This document shows positions 32,897-42,485 of a stretch of 64,000 bases of DNA, one piece after another (the first letter of the stretch is position 1; every line of letters starts with the position of its first letter). The notes beneath the pieces were generated by a model. The model was not told where the DNA came from. It did no database searches and was given only the letters and a program-made list of their open reading frames with translations. The translations under genes and the position numbers were made by a program. Source of the stretch: Planctomycetota bacterium (lineage in GTDB: Bacteria; Planctomycetota; B15-G4); the NCBI GenBank assembly GCA_029259715.1, contig JAJDEP010000004.1:17649-81648 (forward strand), given 5' to 3'.

Positions 32897-34786
32897 CTAC
32901 TGCGTCGTCAGGCGCATCGCGTTGGTGAGCGACACCCCGCCGGGAGCCGTCGGGTCGACCACCGCCGTGTGGGCCCACATGTTCGTGCCGACCGGGAAGC
33001 TGAAGTTCCAGTTGAACGGCAGTGTCAACTCGCCGGCGCCGTCGGTGATGAGCAGGATCTGCGACGCGAAGGGGAAGGCCTTGAGCGTGCCGGCCATGAA
33101 CGGCACCGGCGTCGACGAGAACGCAACGAACATCACGGTCACGGCGCTCGGCGGTGTGTTGGTCAGGTACATCTCGCCCGTCGTGCCGAACTGCAGCGGC
33201 CCGGTGCCGTCGAGGCTCGGCGGGCCGAGCGCCCCCGCGATGGAGCAGCCTTCGTCGGTCCACGGCGCGGGCGGCAGGTTGCCCACCGCGGCGCCCATGT
33301 TCGGGAACGGACCGATGTTGCCGCCGAAGCCGGTCTGCGCCAGCCCCGTCGTCACGAGCTGCGTGCGCATCTCGATCGAGTCGAAGCGTCGCTGCAGCTT
33401 CTGCTCGACCTTCTGCTGCAACATCAACGCCGCCGAGGCGACGAAGGGCGAGGCACTGCTCGTCCCGCTGAAGAAGCCGGTGTAGCGCTGGTTCTTGTCG
33501 CCGCCGTACTCGGCGAACGCCCCGTATCCGGTGGTGAAGACGCTCTCTCCCCACCCCTGCACGTCGACCCGCGAACCGTGACTCGAGAAGCTGAGCTTCT
33601 GATGCGTGGTGTCGGCACTACCGGCGCCCACGATCAGCGCCCCGCTGTCGCCCAGCCCGAGCCAGGCCGCGAAACCCGGACCGTCGAGGTCCTGGTTCCC
33701 GTTGCCCGCGGCGCCGACCACGATGACGCCGGCATCCGTGCCCGCCTTCACGACGATCCACATGGAGGCTTCGGACTCGACCGGCGCGCCTGATCCTGAT
33801 TGCATCTCGAGCAGCACCACGTCACCGGCGTCGGCGGCGGCGACCGCATTCGTCACGCAGGTGAGTCGGCGCAATCCCTGCTCCAGCGACCACTCGGTGT
33901 AGGCGTGGACCTCGGCGTCAGGCGCCATGCCGGTGATGCCGTAGGCGTTGGCCGTGGCGGCGATCTCGCCCAGCACCGCGGTGCCGTGCTCGTCCCAGGT
34001 GTTGATCGCCACCTGCGGATGGACCGTCTGCCCCGGCTCGGTCTGGACCCCGATGTCCTCGAGGTCTTCGTGGGTCAGCACCCACCCGTATTCGCAATCG
34101 AAGAGGCGGATGCCCGCGCCGGTCAGCCCGGTGCTCGCGGCCCAGTCCGAGTTGAGGCCGGGGTTGGGCCCGCGATATCCCTGCTGGAATTCGAGGTTGG
34201 GCGTGACGGGCGAGATGTCGCCGGGCGGCGGCGCGCCGAGGGTCTGGATCTCGGCGAACTCGACGCTCTCGAAGGCGGTCAGGCGATCACCCAACGCCTC
34301 GAGGCGCGCGAGGTCGGCCGCGACACCATCGGCGCCGGGGACATGGACGCGCAACATCCCGGCCAGGTCGGGCTGGGCGACTCCCGAGCGGCGGGCCGCC
34401 CGTTGCTCGAGTCCGGCCAGTGTCTCTTCGGGCAGGCGGATCAGCGGTGAGAACGTCACGCCGACCTCGAGAGCCCACGCAGCGACGTCGGTGAGATCTT
34501 GTCCGCCGCGGGACACCGGTCGCCCGTCCTCGGCGCGCACCCGGGCCGCATCGACGAACTTCACCATCAGACGACGCTCGTAGGGAATCGGACTGGGCAG
34601 CAGGTCGGCCGCGAGGAGGGCCCGCACGGGCGCCTTCGGCACCGGCCGTCGCGCGAGCAGGCCGGCCTCCCCGCCAACGGGCACGACGGCAGCGGTGTCC
34701 TGCGGACCAGAGGTCGCGGACGTCCCGGCGGGAGCCAGGACGAGGATCGCCACCGCGGCGACAGAGAAGGCGAGGGCGATGCGCAT
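32897..34786 (-). CDS. Secreted S8 (subtilisin-like) serine peptidase with prodomain and C-terminal beta domain
   Basis: Signal peptide; catalytic D (FDCEYGW), H (EHGTAVLG), oxyanion N (AAGNG), S (SGTSSASP). Confidence 0.9.
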   Translation of the reverse strand: MRIALAFSVAAVAILVLAPAGTSATSGPQDTAAVVPVGGEAGLLARRPVPKAPVRALLAADLLPSPIPYERRLMVKFVDAARVRAEDGRPVSRGGQDLTDVAAWALEVGVTFSPLIRLPEETLAGLEQRAARRSGVAQPDLAGMLRVHVPGADGVAADLARLEALGDRLTAFESVEFAEIQTLGAPPPGDISPVTPNLEFQQGYRGPNPGLNSDWAASTGLTGAGIRLFDCEYGWVLTHEDLEDIGVQTEPGQTVHPQVAINTWDEHGTAVLGEIAATANAYGITGMAPDAEVHAYTEWSLEQGLRRLTCVTNAVAAADAGDVVLLEMQSGSGAPVESEASMWIVVKAGTDAGVIVVGAAGNGNQDLDGPGFAAWLGLGDSGALIVGAGSADTTHQKLSFSSHGSRVDVQGWGESVFTTGYGAFAEYGGDKNQRYTGFFSGTSSASPFVASAALMLQQKVEQKLQRRFDSIEMRTQLVTTGLAQTGFGGNIGPFPNMGAAVGNLPPAPWTDEGCSIAGALGPPSLDGTGPLQFGTTGEMYLTNTPPSAVTVMFVAFSSTPVPFMAGTLKAFPFASQILLITDGAGELTLPFNWNFSFPVGTNMWAHTAVVDPTAPGGVSLTNAMRLTTQ

Positions 34787-35080
34787 CAAGCGGCGTCTCA
34801 GCAGGCTCGGTGAGGAGGATCCGGCGGCGCCCCGCCCCAGCGGGCGATTCGGGTCGGGCGGCCTTCGGGTGGGGTCGGGACGGAGGTGACGGCGGCGCCG
34901 AGCACGTCGAGGCACCTCGCGCACCCTCAGTCTACGACAAGATCGCCCCCACGGGACCGGCCGCCGGCCGCCGGCCGAAACCGGTCGATCGGGCACGCAG
35001 GGGGGGCAGCACACGCTTCCGGGCGCCTCCAGGGGCGTGGCCCGTGCGGCCCCCGCCTCCAGGCGTTACCTTCTCCGGCC

Positions 35081-35743
35081 ATGCGCTGGCCCTTCACGAC
35101 CTACGCCACGGGCACCCTGCTCGCCTTCACCCTGCCGCTGCTGGCCCTCACGGTGGTGCTCAAGCGGACGGCGCCGGGAGTCTGGTGGCTGCTGCCCCTG
35201 GCCCTGGCCCTCTTCGTGTTCTCGTTCTTCCGCGACCCCCAGCGCTCGGCGCCGGGCGGCGAGGACGAGCTGGCCTCCCCCGCCGACGGCCTGGTGAGCG
35301 ACATCGTCACCCTCGAGGATCCCGCCCTCGGGCGCTCCAGCGTGCGCATCGGCATCTTCCTCTCGGTCTTCGACGTGCACGTCAACCGCGTGCCCTGCTC
35401 GGGAACCATCGTGCGCGTCGATCACCGTGAGGGCGGCTTCCACGACGCCCGCGACGATCGCGCCATCGCAGAGAACCAGGCCGCCACCATCGTCATCGAA
35501 CGGCCCGACGGTCGGCAGGTCGGCGTACGCCAGATCACCGGACTCATCGCGCGCCGCATCATCTGCCCCGTGCAACCGGGCGATCCCGTGGTGCGCGGCG
35601 ACCGCTACGGCATGATCCGCTTCGGCTCGCGCACCGAGCTCATCATCGACGTCGACGACCTCGACGAGGTGCTGGTGAGCGTCGGCGATCGTGTGCGCGG
35701 CGGCGAGACCATCCTGGCCCGGATGCAGGCGGCGGCCCGGTGA
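35081..35743 (+). CDS. psd: Phosphatidylserine decarboxylase proenzyme
   Basis: FFRDP, SPADG, IFLSVFDVHVNR, FGSRT autocleavage motif; coupled to pssA. Confidence 0.95.
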   Translation: MRWPFTTYATGTLLAFTLPLLALTVVLKRTAPGVWWLLPLALALFVFSFFRDPQRSAPGGEDELASPADGLVSDIVTLEDPALGRSSVRIGIFLSVFDVHVNRVPCSGTIVRVDHREGGFHDARDDRAIAENQAATIVIERPDGRQVGVRQITGLIARRIICPVQPGDPVVRGDRYGMIRFGSRTELIIDVDDLDEVLVSVGDRVRGGETILARMQAAAR

Positions 35744-36693
35744 ACCTCGGCGGCGAGACCCGCGTCCCCCTGTTGCCGACGCTGTTCACGCTGGGCAACC
35801 TGCTGTGCGGCTTCATCGCCATCGCCAAGGCCATCGACGCGCTGCAGTCGTCGACCGGCGACGGCGTCCTCGACCCGGCCTTCGCCACCGAGCTCACCAA
35901 GGGCTGCTGGTTCGTGGTGGCCGCGATGATCTTCGACGCGCTCGACGGACGCATCGCGCGCATGACCGGGCAGCAGTCGCCCTTCGGGGCCATGCTCGAC
36001 TCGCTCTCCGACCTGGTCACCTTCGGCGTCGCGCCCGCGTTCATCGCCAAGGTCGGCTACGAGCACACCATGGATGCGCTGGGCCAGCGCTATCGCCCGA
36101 GCGTGGTGACCGGTTTCTGTGCGCTCTACTTGATCTGCGCCGCGCTGCGCCTGGCGCGCTTCAATGCCGACAGCGGCGAGGACGAGTCGGAGCACCACAC
36201 CTTCAGCGGACTGCCGTCTCCGGCCGCGGCCGGATTCGTCGTGGCCTGCTGCTTCTTCATCTTCGGCGGCACCAGCGAGATCGGCCTGAGTGACGCCGCG
36301 GCCGCGTCCGTCGGCGCCGCCCTGCTCCGCGCCCTGCCCTACCTCGCCGCCGGCCTCGGCGTGCTGATGATCTCCCGCGTTCCGTACGTCCACGTGTTCC
36401 AGCGCTACGTCGGCCTGCGCCTCCGCGCCAGCATGATGGTGCGGCTGGTGCTGATCATCTGGGTGGCCGTGCAATGGCACGAATGGGCCCTGTTCCTGCT
36501 GATCAGCGTGTACGTGCTGGGCGGCCTGTTCCTCGGGCTGCGCGCCTCGCGGGCAGGCCGCTCCCCCGTCGAGGACCTGCCGGTGCCGCCCGGCGATGGC
36601 ACCCTGCCCGAGCCCCGCCACACCCCGCCTCAGGGCTCTCCGCCGGACGACTCCCCACCGCACGCATCCGGGCCCACGGGAGGCGCGACGTGA
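35740..36693 (+). CDS. pssA: CDP-diacylglycerol--serine O-phosphatidyltransferase
   Basis: DALDGRIAR...FGAMLDSLSD CDP-alcohol motif, LRLARFN, FSGLPSP. Confidence 0.92.
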   Translation: MNLGGETRVPLLPTLFTLGNLLCGFIAIAKAIDALQSSTGDGVLDPAFATELTKGCWFVVAAMIFDALDGRIARMTGQQSPFGAMLDSLSDLVTFGVAPAFIAKVGYEHTMDALGQRYRPSVVTGFCALYLICAALRLARFNADSGEDESEHHTFSGLPSPAAAGFVVACCFFIFGGTSEIGLSDAAAASVGAALLRALPYLAAGLGVLMISRVPYVHVFQRYVGLRLRASMMVRLVLIIWVAVQWHEWALFLLISVYVLGGLFLGLRASRAGRSPVEDLPVPPGDGTLPEPRHTPPQGSPPDDSPPHASGPTGGAT

Positions 36694-37196
36694 TCACCGC
36701 GGTGATCGCCCTCGGCTCCAATCTCGGGCGACGTCAAGACACGCTCATGGCCGCCGTGCGGGCCATCGCGCGTCTGCCCGACACGCGCCTGGTGGCGACC
36801 TCGCGTCTGCGCGAGACCGACCCGGTGCTGTGCGCCGCCGGCGCGCCCGACTTCCTCAACGGCGCCTGCCGCATCGAGACGGGGCTCACCGCGCGGCAGC
36901 TGCTCGACGCGTTGCTCGCCATCGAGGCCGACCACGGTCGCACGCGGGCGGCCCCGAATGCCGACCGCACCCTCGACCTCGACCTGATCCTCTTCGGCGA
37001 CGCCGTCATCGACGAGCCCGGCCTGCGCGTCCCTCACCCGCATGCGCACGAGCGGTTGTTCGTCCTCGACGCGGCGGCCGACGTCGCGCCCGAGGCGCTG
37101 CACCCGGAACTCGGCCGGACGCTGGCCGACCTGCGCGATGCCTGGACAGCGCCCGCAGACGATCGGGGAGCGGCCGCCGGGAGCCCCTCGGGTTGA
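36690..37196 (+). CDS. folK: 2-amino-4-hydroxy-6-hydroxymethyldihydropteridine diphosphokinase
   Basis: IALGSNLG, FLN, RTLDLDL, VPHP, ERLFV; GTGA overlap. Confidence 0.95.
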   Translation: MITAVIALGSNLGRRQDTLMAAVRAIARLPDTRLVATSRLRETDPVLCAAGAPDFLNGACRIETGLTARQLLDALLAIEADHGRTRAAPNADRTLDLDLILFGDAVIDEPGLRVPHPHAHERLFVLDAAADVAPEALHPELGRTLADLRDAWTAPADDRGAAAGSPSG

Positions 37197-38080
37197 GCGA
37201 CAGCGCGGGACCCCGCGTGCACCGCACCCTGTCCGATGTGTCGGCGGCGTGCGAGGACGCGCGCCGCCGCGGCTCGCTCGGCTTCGTGCCCACCATGGGC
37301 GCACTCCACGAGGGGCACCTCTCGCTCGTGCATGCGGCCCGCGAAGCCTGCACGACCGTGGCCGTGTCCCTCTTCGTGAACCCCCTGCAGTTCGGTGCCG
37401 GCGAGGACTTCGAGGCCTACCCGCGTGACGAGGCCGGCGACGCCGAGCGACTCGCCGAGGCGGGCGCCGACCTGCTGCTGATCCTGACGCCCGAGGAGAT
37501 GTACCCGCCGGGCTTCACTACGCGGGTCGACCTCACCAGCCTGGTGCACGTCTTCGAAGGCGCGGCCCGCCCGGGTCACTTCAGCGGCGTCTGCACCGTG
37601 GTCGCCAAGTTGCTCAACCTCGTCCGCCCGACGGCCAGCTTCTTCGGACGCAAGGACTACCAGCAGACCGTGGTGGTGCGCCGCATGGTCGCCGACCTGG
37701 CCCTGCCCGGCGACGTGGTGGTCTGCGACACCGTGCGTGCGGCGGACGGCCTGGCTCTCTCAAGCCGCAACGCCTACCTCGACGCTGCCGAACGCCGCCA
37801 GGGCCTCGGCCTCGTGAACGCCCTGCAACACGTCGAGGCGCTCTTCGCCGGCGGTGAAGACGACGTGACACGCCTCGAGCAGGCGCTGCGCGAACGGCTG
37901 CAGGAGGCCGTCGGCGCCGCCCCCGACTATGCCGCCATCGTCGACCCCGACGACCTGTCCACCCCGGCGCGCGCCCGGCCCGGCGACGTCGCCCTGGTCG
38001 CCGCACCCGTGGGCCCGGCGCGACTGCTCGACAACCATGTCCTCGGTGCTAGACTCGGCCCCTTTGCCACCAGCCCCTGA
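37193..38080 (+). CDS. panC: Pantoate--beta-alanine ligase
   Basis: FVPTMGALHEGH, FVNPLQF, RPGHF, FGRKDYQQ, GLALSSRN, RLLDN. Confidence 0.96.
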   Translation: MSDSAGPRVHRTLSDVSAACEDARRRGSLGFVPTMGALHEGHLSLVHAAREACTTVAVSLFVNPLQFGAGEDFEAYPRDEAGDAERLAEAGADLLLILTPEEMYPPGFTTRVDLTSLVHVFEGAARPGHFSGVCTVVAKLLNLVRPTASFFGRKDYQQTVVVRRMVADLALPGDVVVCDTVRAADGLALSSRNAYLDAAERRQGLGLVNALQHVEALFAGGEDDVTRLEQALRERLQEAVGAAPDYAAIVDPDDLSTPARARPGDVALVAAPVGPARLLDNHVLGARLGPFATSP

Positions 38081-38158
38081 AGAACGAGTGCGCCGACACG
38101 TCTCGCGGATGGCCCCGCGGACCACGACGCGCTGAGACGCCGAACGAGAGGTGACGAC

Positions 38159-38518
38159 GTGCAGCGGTTCATGATGAAGTCCAAGCTCCACGGTGCCACC
38201 GTGACCCAGTGTGAACTCGGTTACGTCGGCAGCCTGACCATGGACCGCAACCTGATGGAGGTTGCCGACCTGATCCCCAACGAACGCATCCAGGTGGTCA
38301 ACCTCAACAACGGCGAGCGCTTCGACACCTACGTCATCGAGGGCGAGGCCGGCACGGGCATCATCGGCGCCAACGGCGGGGCCGCGCGCCTGTGCCAGGC
38401 GGGCGACCAGGTGCTGATCATCGCCTACACGAGTCTCGACGACGAGGCGGCCCGCAACCACGAGCCGAAGGTGATCATCCTCGACGAGACCAACCAGCCG
38501 GTCGACCCGGCCGGTTGA
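38159..38518 (+). CDS. panD: Aspartate 1-decarboxylase
   Basis: [14 protein letters not shown] cleavage site, [14 protein letters not shown]. Confidence 0.97.
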   Translation: MQRFMMKSKLHGATVTQCELGYVGSLTMDRNLMEVADLIPNERIQVVNLNNGERFDTYVIEGEAGTGIIGANGGAARLCQAGDQVLIIAYTSLDDEAARNHEPKVIILDETNQPVDPAG

Positions 38519-38551
38519 TCGCGTTCCGTTGACTCCGGGGGAACGCGCGGC

Positions 38552-39478
38552 GTGACGTCCGACGTCCTGCGCCTCGACGCACCCGCCAAGGTGAACCTGC
38601 ACCTCGCCGTGGCGGGACGCCGCCCCGACGGATACCACGAGCTCGTCACCGTGCTCCAGACCATCGACCTGGCCGACACCCTTGAGGTGTCGCTCCGGGA
38701 CCCGCGGCCCGACCGGCCCCTGCCGGACGTGTCCCTCACTGTCGAATCCGACGGGGGCGAGGCGCCGGCCGACGACAGCAACCTCGCCGTGGCGGCGACG
38801 CGGCGCCTGCTCATGACGCTCGGCAACACCGCCGTGGGCGTCGACCTGCACCTGACCAAGCGCATCCCTGCGGGCGGCGGTCTCGGCGGCGGCAGCAGCG
38901 ACGCCGCCGCGGCCCTGCTGGCCGTCGACCGACTCCTGGGCGAACCCGCGGGAATGGGCGTCAGGGCCCGCGTGGCCGCCGAATTGGGCAGCGACATCCC
39001 CTTCTTCGTGGTGGCCGGCGGGCTCGGCGACGAGCCGGGCGGCACGGGCCTCTGCACCGGCCGCGGAGAGATCGTCGAGCCCCTCGCCGCCCCCGAGCCC
39101 TTCGGCCTGGACCTGCTCCTGCCGTCTTTCGGCCTCTCGACCGCCGACGTCTACGGCGCCCTCAACGCTCCGCTGCTCGAAACGGTCCGACGCGAACCGC
39201 CCAACCCTTCCCTGCGCGACGTCCAGGGCGCCGACGTCTCCACGCTGCGGCGGTTGTTCCGCAACGACCTCACGCCGGCCGCGCGTGCGGTGGAGCCGCG
39301 GCTCGATCCGCTGCTCGACCGCGACGACATCTACCTGAGCGGCAGCGGATCGACCCTCTTCCGGTTCCGGTCCGCCGACGACGCGCCCGGCGACGCTGCG
39401 GGCCTCGAATGTGGAGTTGAGTTGATGGGTTTTGTCACGTGCCGCTCAAGAAATGGCTCTCGCGCACCGTTCTCTTGA
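38552..39478 (+). CDS. ispE: 4-diphosphocytidyl-2-C-methyl-D-erythritol kinase
   Basis: APAKVNL, DGYHEL, KRIPAGGGLGGGSSDAA, LGSDIPF, GRGE, SGSGST. Confidence 0.95.
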   Translation: MTSDVLRLDAPAKVNLHLAVAGRRPDGYHELVTVLQTIDLADTLEVSLRDPRPDRPLPDVSLTVESDGGEAPADDSNLAVAATRRLLMTLGNTAVGVDLHLTKRIPAGGGLGGGSSDAAAALLAVDRLLGEPAGMGVRARVAAELGSDIPFFVVAGGLGDEPGGTGLCTGRGEIVEPLAAPEPFGLDLLLPSFGLSTADVYGALNAPLLETVRREPPNPSLRDVQGADVSTLRRLFRNDLTPAARAVEPRLDPLLDRDDIYLSGSGSTLFRFRSADDAPGDAAGLECGVELMGFVTCRSRNGSRAPFS

Positions 39479-39525
39479 GTGAAGATCACTCGTGACGGTC
39501 AACAGGGGCATGTGGGGAGAGCGTC

Positions 39526-40065
39526 TTGGACATCTCCGAGATCCGCGTGAAGCTCGTCGAGAATCCGCGGGAACGGTTGCTGGCGTTCTGCACGGTGACG
39601 TTTCGCCGGGAGTTCGTCGTCCGCGACGTGAAGATCATCGACGGCCCCCGAGGTCCCTTCGTCGCCATGCCCTCGCGCAAGGTGATGGATCGCTGCAAGC
39701 GCTGCGGCGGCAAGAACCACCTGCGCTCCTCGTTCTGCAACGAGTGCGGCGGCGCGCTCGATCGTGATCGCGCACCCAAGGACGCCCGCGGGCGGCCGCG
39801 GCTCCACGTCGACGTCGCCCACCCGATCAACCAGGACTGCCGTTCCAACCTCGAGTCGCAGGTCATCGCCTCCTATCACGAAGAGCTGGAGCGAGCGAGC
39901 CAGCCGGGCTACGTGGCTCCCGACCTCGAGGACAACCTCGACGACTACGTGTTCGAGGTGGAGTCGGTCCCGGGGGTGAACGCCGTGGAGAAGCGGGGCG
40001 CTGCCGACAAGCCGGCCGGTCGGTCCGTCGAGGCCGGCGGCGAGAGCCACTTCCAGGCCGAGTGA
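39526..40065 (+). CDS. spoVG: SpoVG family nucleic-acid-binding protein with zinc-ribbon insertion
   Basis: ISEIRVK, FVVRDVKII, FVAMPSRK, DVAHPIN; insert CKRC...CNEC. Confidence 0.9.
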   Translation: MDISEIRVKLVENPRERLLAFCTVTFRREFVVRDVKIIDGPRGPFVAMPSRKVMDRCKRCGGKNHLRSSFCNECGGALDRDRAPKDARGRPRLHVDVAHPINQDCRSNLESQVIASYHEELERASQPGYVAPDLEDNLDDYVFEVESVPGVNAVEKRGAADKPAGRSVEAGGESHFQAE

Positions 40066-40066
40066 G

Positions 40067-41005
40067 GTGGTCCCCGACCTGCCACGGGACGGCCCCGCGG
40101 GTCACGGCCGACGTCTCTTCGTCGCCGGTGCCGGAGCCGCCGGCACGACCCTCGCGCTGGCCCTGGTCCGACACGGGCACGGCGCCTGGACTCCCGCGGA
40201 GATCGCCTGCCGCACCCACGCCCGGGCGCAATCCCGCCGCGATCTGATCGGGAGCGGCGAGGCCGTGACCCTCGAGGCCCTCGCGGATCCGCGGCGACCG
40301 AGCGGACCGGGGCCCGCCCTGCTGCTGATCGCCGTCCCCGATCGCGCCATCGGCCCGGTGGCCGAGCAACTCGCCGCGCGCCCCTGGCCCGATACATGCG
40401 TTGCATTGCATCTGTCGGGCTCCGTGGAGATCGAGGCCCTCGCCCCTCTCGCCCGGGCCAGGCTGTCCATCGGGGGCCTGCACCCCCTCAAGAGCTTCGT
40501 CGATCCCGACCGCGACGCCGATGGCCTGGCCGGCACCGTCATGGCCCTCGAGGGTGACGCCGAGGCCCTCGCGGAGGGCCGGCGCATCGCCGCCGCCCTG
40601 GTCGCCCGGCCCTTCGAGCTGGCCCCCGGCCGCCGGGCCGCCTGGCACGCCGGCGCCGCCCACGCCTGCAACCACTTCGTCGCGCTGGTCGATCAGGCCC
40701 TCGATCTGCTCGAGCTCGCGGGGCTGCCCCGGGACGCGGGCCGGGCCGCGTTGGTGCCCTTGCTGGCCGGCACCCTCGAACACCTCGCTGACCTTCCGCC
40801 CGCGCAGGCCTTGACGGGCCCGGTCGTTCGCGGTGACCTGCAGGCCGTGGAACGCCACCTGAAGGTCCTCGCCGATGAACCGGCAGACGTCAACGCCGCC
40901 TATCGGGCCCTCGCCCGCCGGGCCACCGAGCTCGCCGCCGCGCAGCGGGGTCTGCCGGACGACGTGGCCGCAGCGTTGCGCCGCACCCTGGAGAACGACC
41001 GTTGA
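40067..41005 (+). CDS. Rossmann-like/DUF2520 oxidoreductase (PanG-type ketopantoate reductase candidate)
   Basis: GAGAAG, IAVPD, HLSGS, HPLKSF, ACN, LTGPVVRGD; near panC and panD. Confidence 0.85.
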   Translation: MVPDLPRDGPAGHGRRLFVAGAGAAGTTLALALVRHGHGAWTPAEIACRTHARAQSRRDLIGSGEAVTLEALADPRRPSGPGPALLLIAVPDRAIGPVAEQLAARPWPDTCVALHLSGSVEIEALAPLARARLSIGGLHPLKSFVDPDRDADGLAGTVMALEGDAEALAEGRRIAAALVARPFELAPGRRAAWHAGAAHACNHFVALVDQALDLLELAGLPRDAGRAALVPLLAGTLEHLADLPPAQALTGPVVRGDLQAVERHLKVLADEPADVNAAYRALARRATELAAAQRGLPDDVAAALRRTLENDR

Positions 41006-42462
41006 GCACGCGACTCGTCGCCACCGCCATGCCCCCGACGCCCGCGGCCGTGGCCCGTCTGCTGGTGGAACCACCCCAGGGCGTCGACTTCGTGGAGCTG
41101 CGCCTCGATGCGCTCGACGAACCCACCGAAGCCACCGTGAAGCAACTCTTCGCCCTGCCGCGCAGCGTGCCGGTGCTGGCGGCCGCCCGCGCCTGTCCGG
41201 ACAAGCTCGACGACAAGCAGCGCCTGGCCCTGCTCGCCGTGGCCGGCGAGTGCGGCGCCGACATCATCGATGTCGACGACAGCCTGCTCGCCGACTTCCC
41301 CAAGTCGGTGCCGGGCGACCGGCTGGCGTCCGCGCACGTGTCGCGCTTCGTGCCGCGCCTCGAGGCCCTGGCCGAGCGCGTGGCCGGCGCCGACGCGCGC
41401 TTCAAGAAGCTCGCCATCCCCGCCAACTCCCCGGTGCAGCTCGCCGAACTGCTCGACTTGCAGGACCAGCACGGGGGCGACTTCGCCATGGTCACCACCG
41501 GACGACTCAGCGAAGCGGGCCGGGTCATGGCCGCCGGGCGAGGCGCGCCGCTGTGCTACGCCGCAGCTGATGCCCAGGCCCCCGGACACGCCGACCAGCC
41601 GTCGGCGGACCGTCTGCACTGCATTTATCATGTCGGCACCGTCGGCCCCGGCACGCGCTTCTTCGCGGTGGTGGGACATCCCATCGCCCACTCCATGTCG
41701 CCCACGTATCACAACACCATCTTCCGCCGCACCGGTCTCGACGTCCGGCTCGTGACCCTCGATGTCGACGACATGCGCGAGCTGCTGGCCATGTCCGACG
41801 CCTTGCGCATCGACGGGCTCTCGATCACGCATCCGTTCAAGCGCGAGGCCTTGTCGATGGCGTCCACCGCCCTGCCCGGCGCCTTGTCCACCGGCGCGGC
41901 CAACACGCTCATGCGCACACCCACCGGATGGCAGGCGCGCAACACCGACTGGAAGGCCGCGTGCGACCTGCTGCCCAAGCTGCTGCGACGCTGGCGCAAG
42001 GCCCACGCCGGCGACGTGCCCGAGGTGCTCTTGCTGGGCGCCGGCGGCGCCGCCCGGGCGCTGGCCATCGCGCTCATGGAGCAGGGCGCCGACATCTCCA
42101 TCTGGTCGCGGCACGATGAGAACGCGGTCGACCTCGCCGAGGAGCTGGACACCCGCGCCGTCTCCGAGCTGGCCGGCACCGGCTGGGACTTCATCATCAA
42201 CTGCACGCCCGTGGGCATGGACGGCGTCCCCGCCGACGGACTGCCCGTCGCGGCCGACAACTTCCGCGCGGGCGCCCTCGCCCTCGACCTGACCTACGGT
42301 GACGGCCCCTCGTGCTTCCGCGACGCGGTCGCCGCGAGCGGGGCCACGCTCACGACGGGCGAGGAGTTCTTCGCCCTGCAGGCCCGGCGTCAGGCCGAGC
42401 TGTTCTCGGGTGGTCCCATCAGCGCCGAGTTGCACAAGGAGTCCGTCGCCGCGTTGAGCTGA
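41002..42462 (+). CDS. aroDE: Bifunctional type I 3-dehydroquinate dehydratase/shikimate dehydrogenase
   Basis: N-half: VELRLD, SAH, KLA. C-half: GHPIAHSMSP, THPFK, NTD, GAGGAARA, INCTPVGM. Confidence 0.92.
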   Translation: MSTRLVATAMPPTPAAVARLLVEPPQGVDFVELRLDALDEPTEATVKQLFALPRSVPVLAAARACPDKLDDKQRLALLAVAGECGADIIDVDDSLLADFPKSVPGDRLASAHVSRFVPRLEALAERVAGADARFKKLAIPANSPVQLAELLDLQDQHGGDFAMVTTGRLSEAGRVMAAGRGAPLCYAAADAQAPGHADQPSADRLHCIYHVGTVGPGTRFFAVVGHPIAHSMSPTYHNTIFRRTGLDVRLVTLDVDDMRELLAMSDALRIDGLSITHPFKREALSMASTALPGALSTGAANTLMRTPTGWQARNTDWKAACDLLPKLLRRWRKAHAGDVPEVLLLGAGGAARALAIALMEQGADISIWSRHDENAVDLAEELDTRAVSELAGTGWDFIINCTPVGMDGVPADGLPVAADNFRAGALALDLTYGDGPSCFRDAVAASGATLTTGEEFFALQARRQAELFSGGPISAELHKESVAALS

Positions 42463-42485
42463 CGCGGACACCGGCGGAGGCGGTC

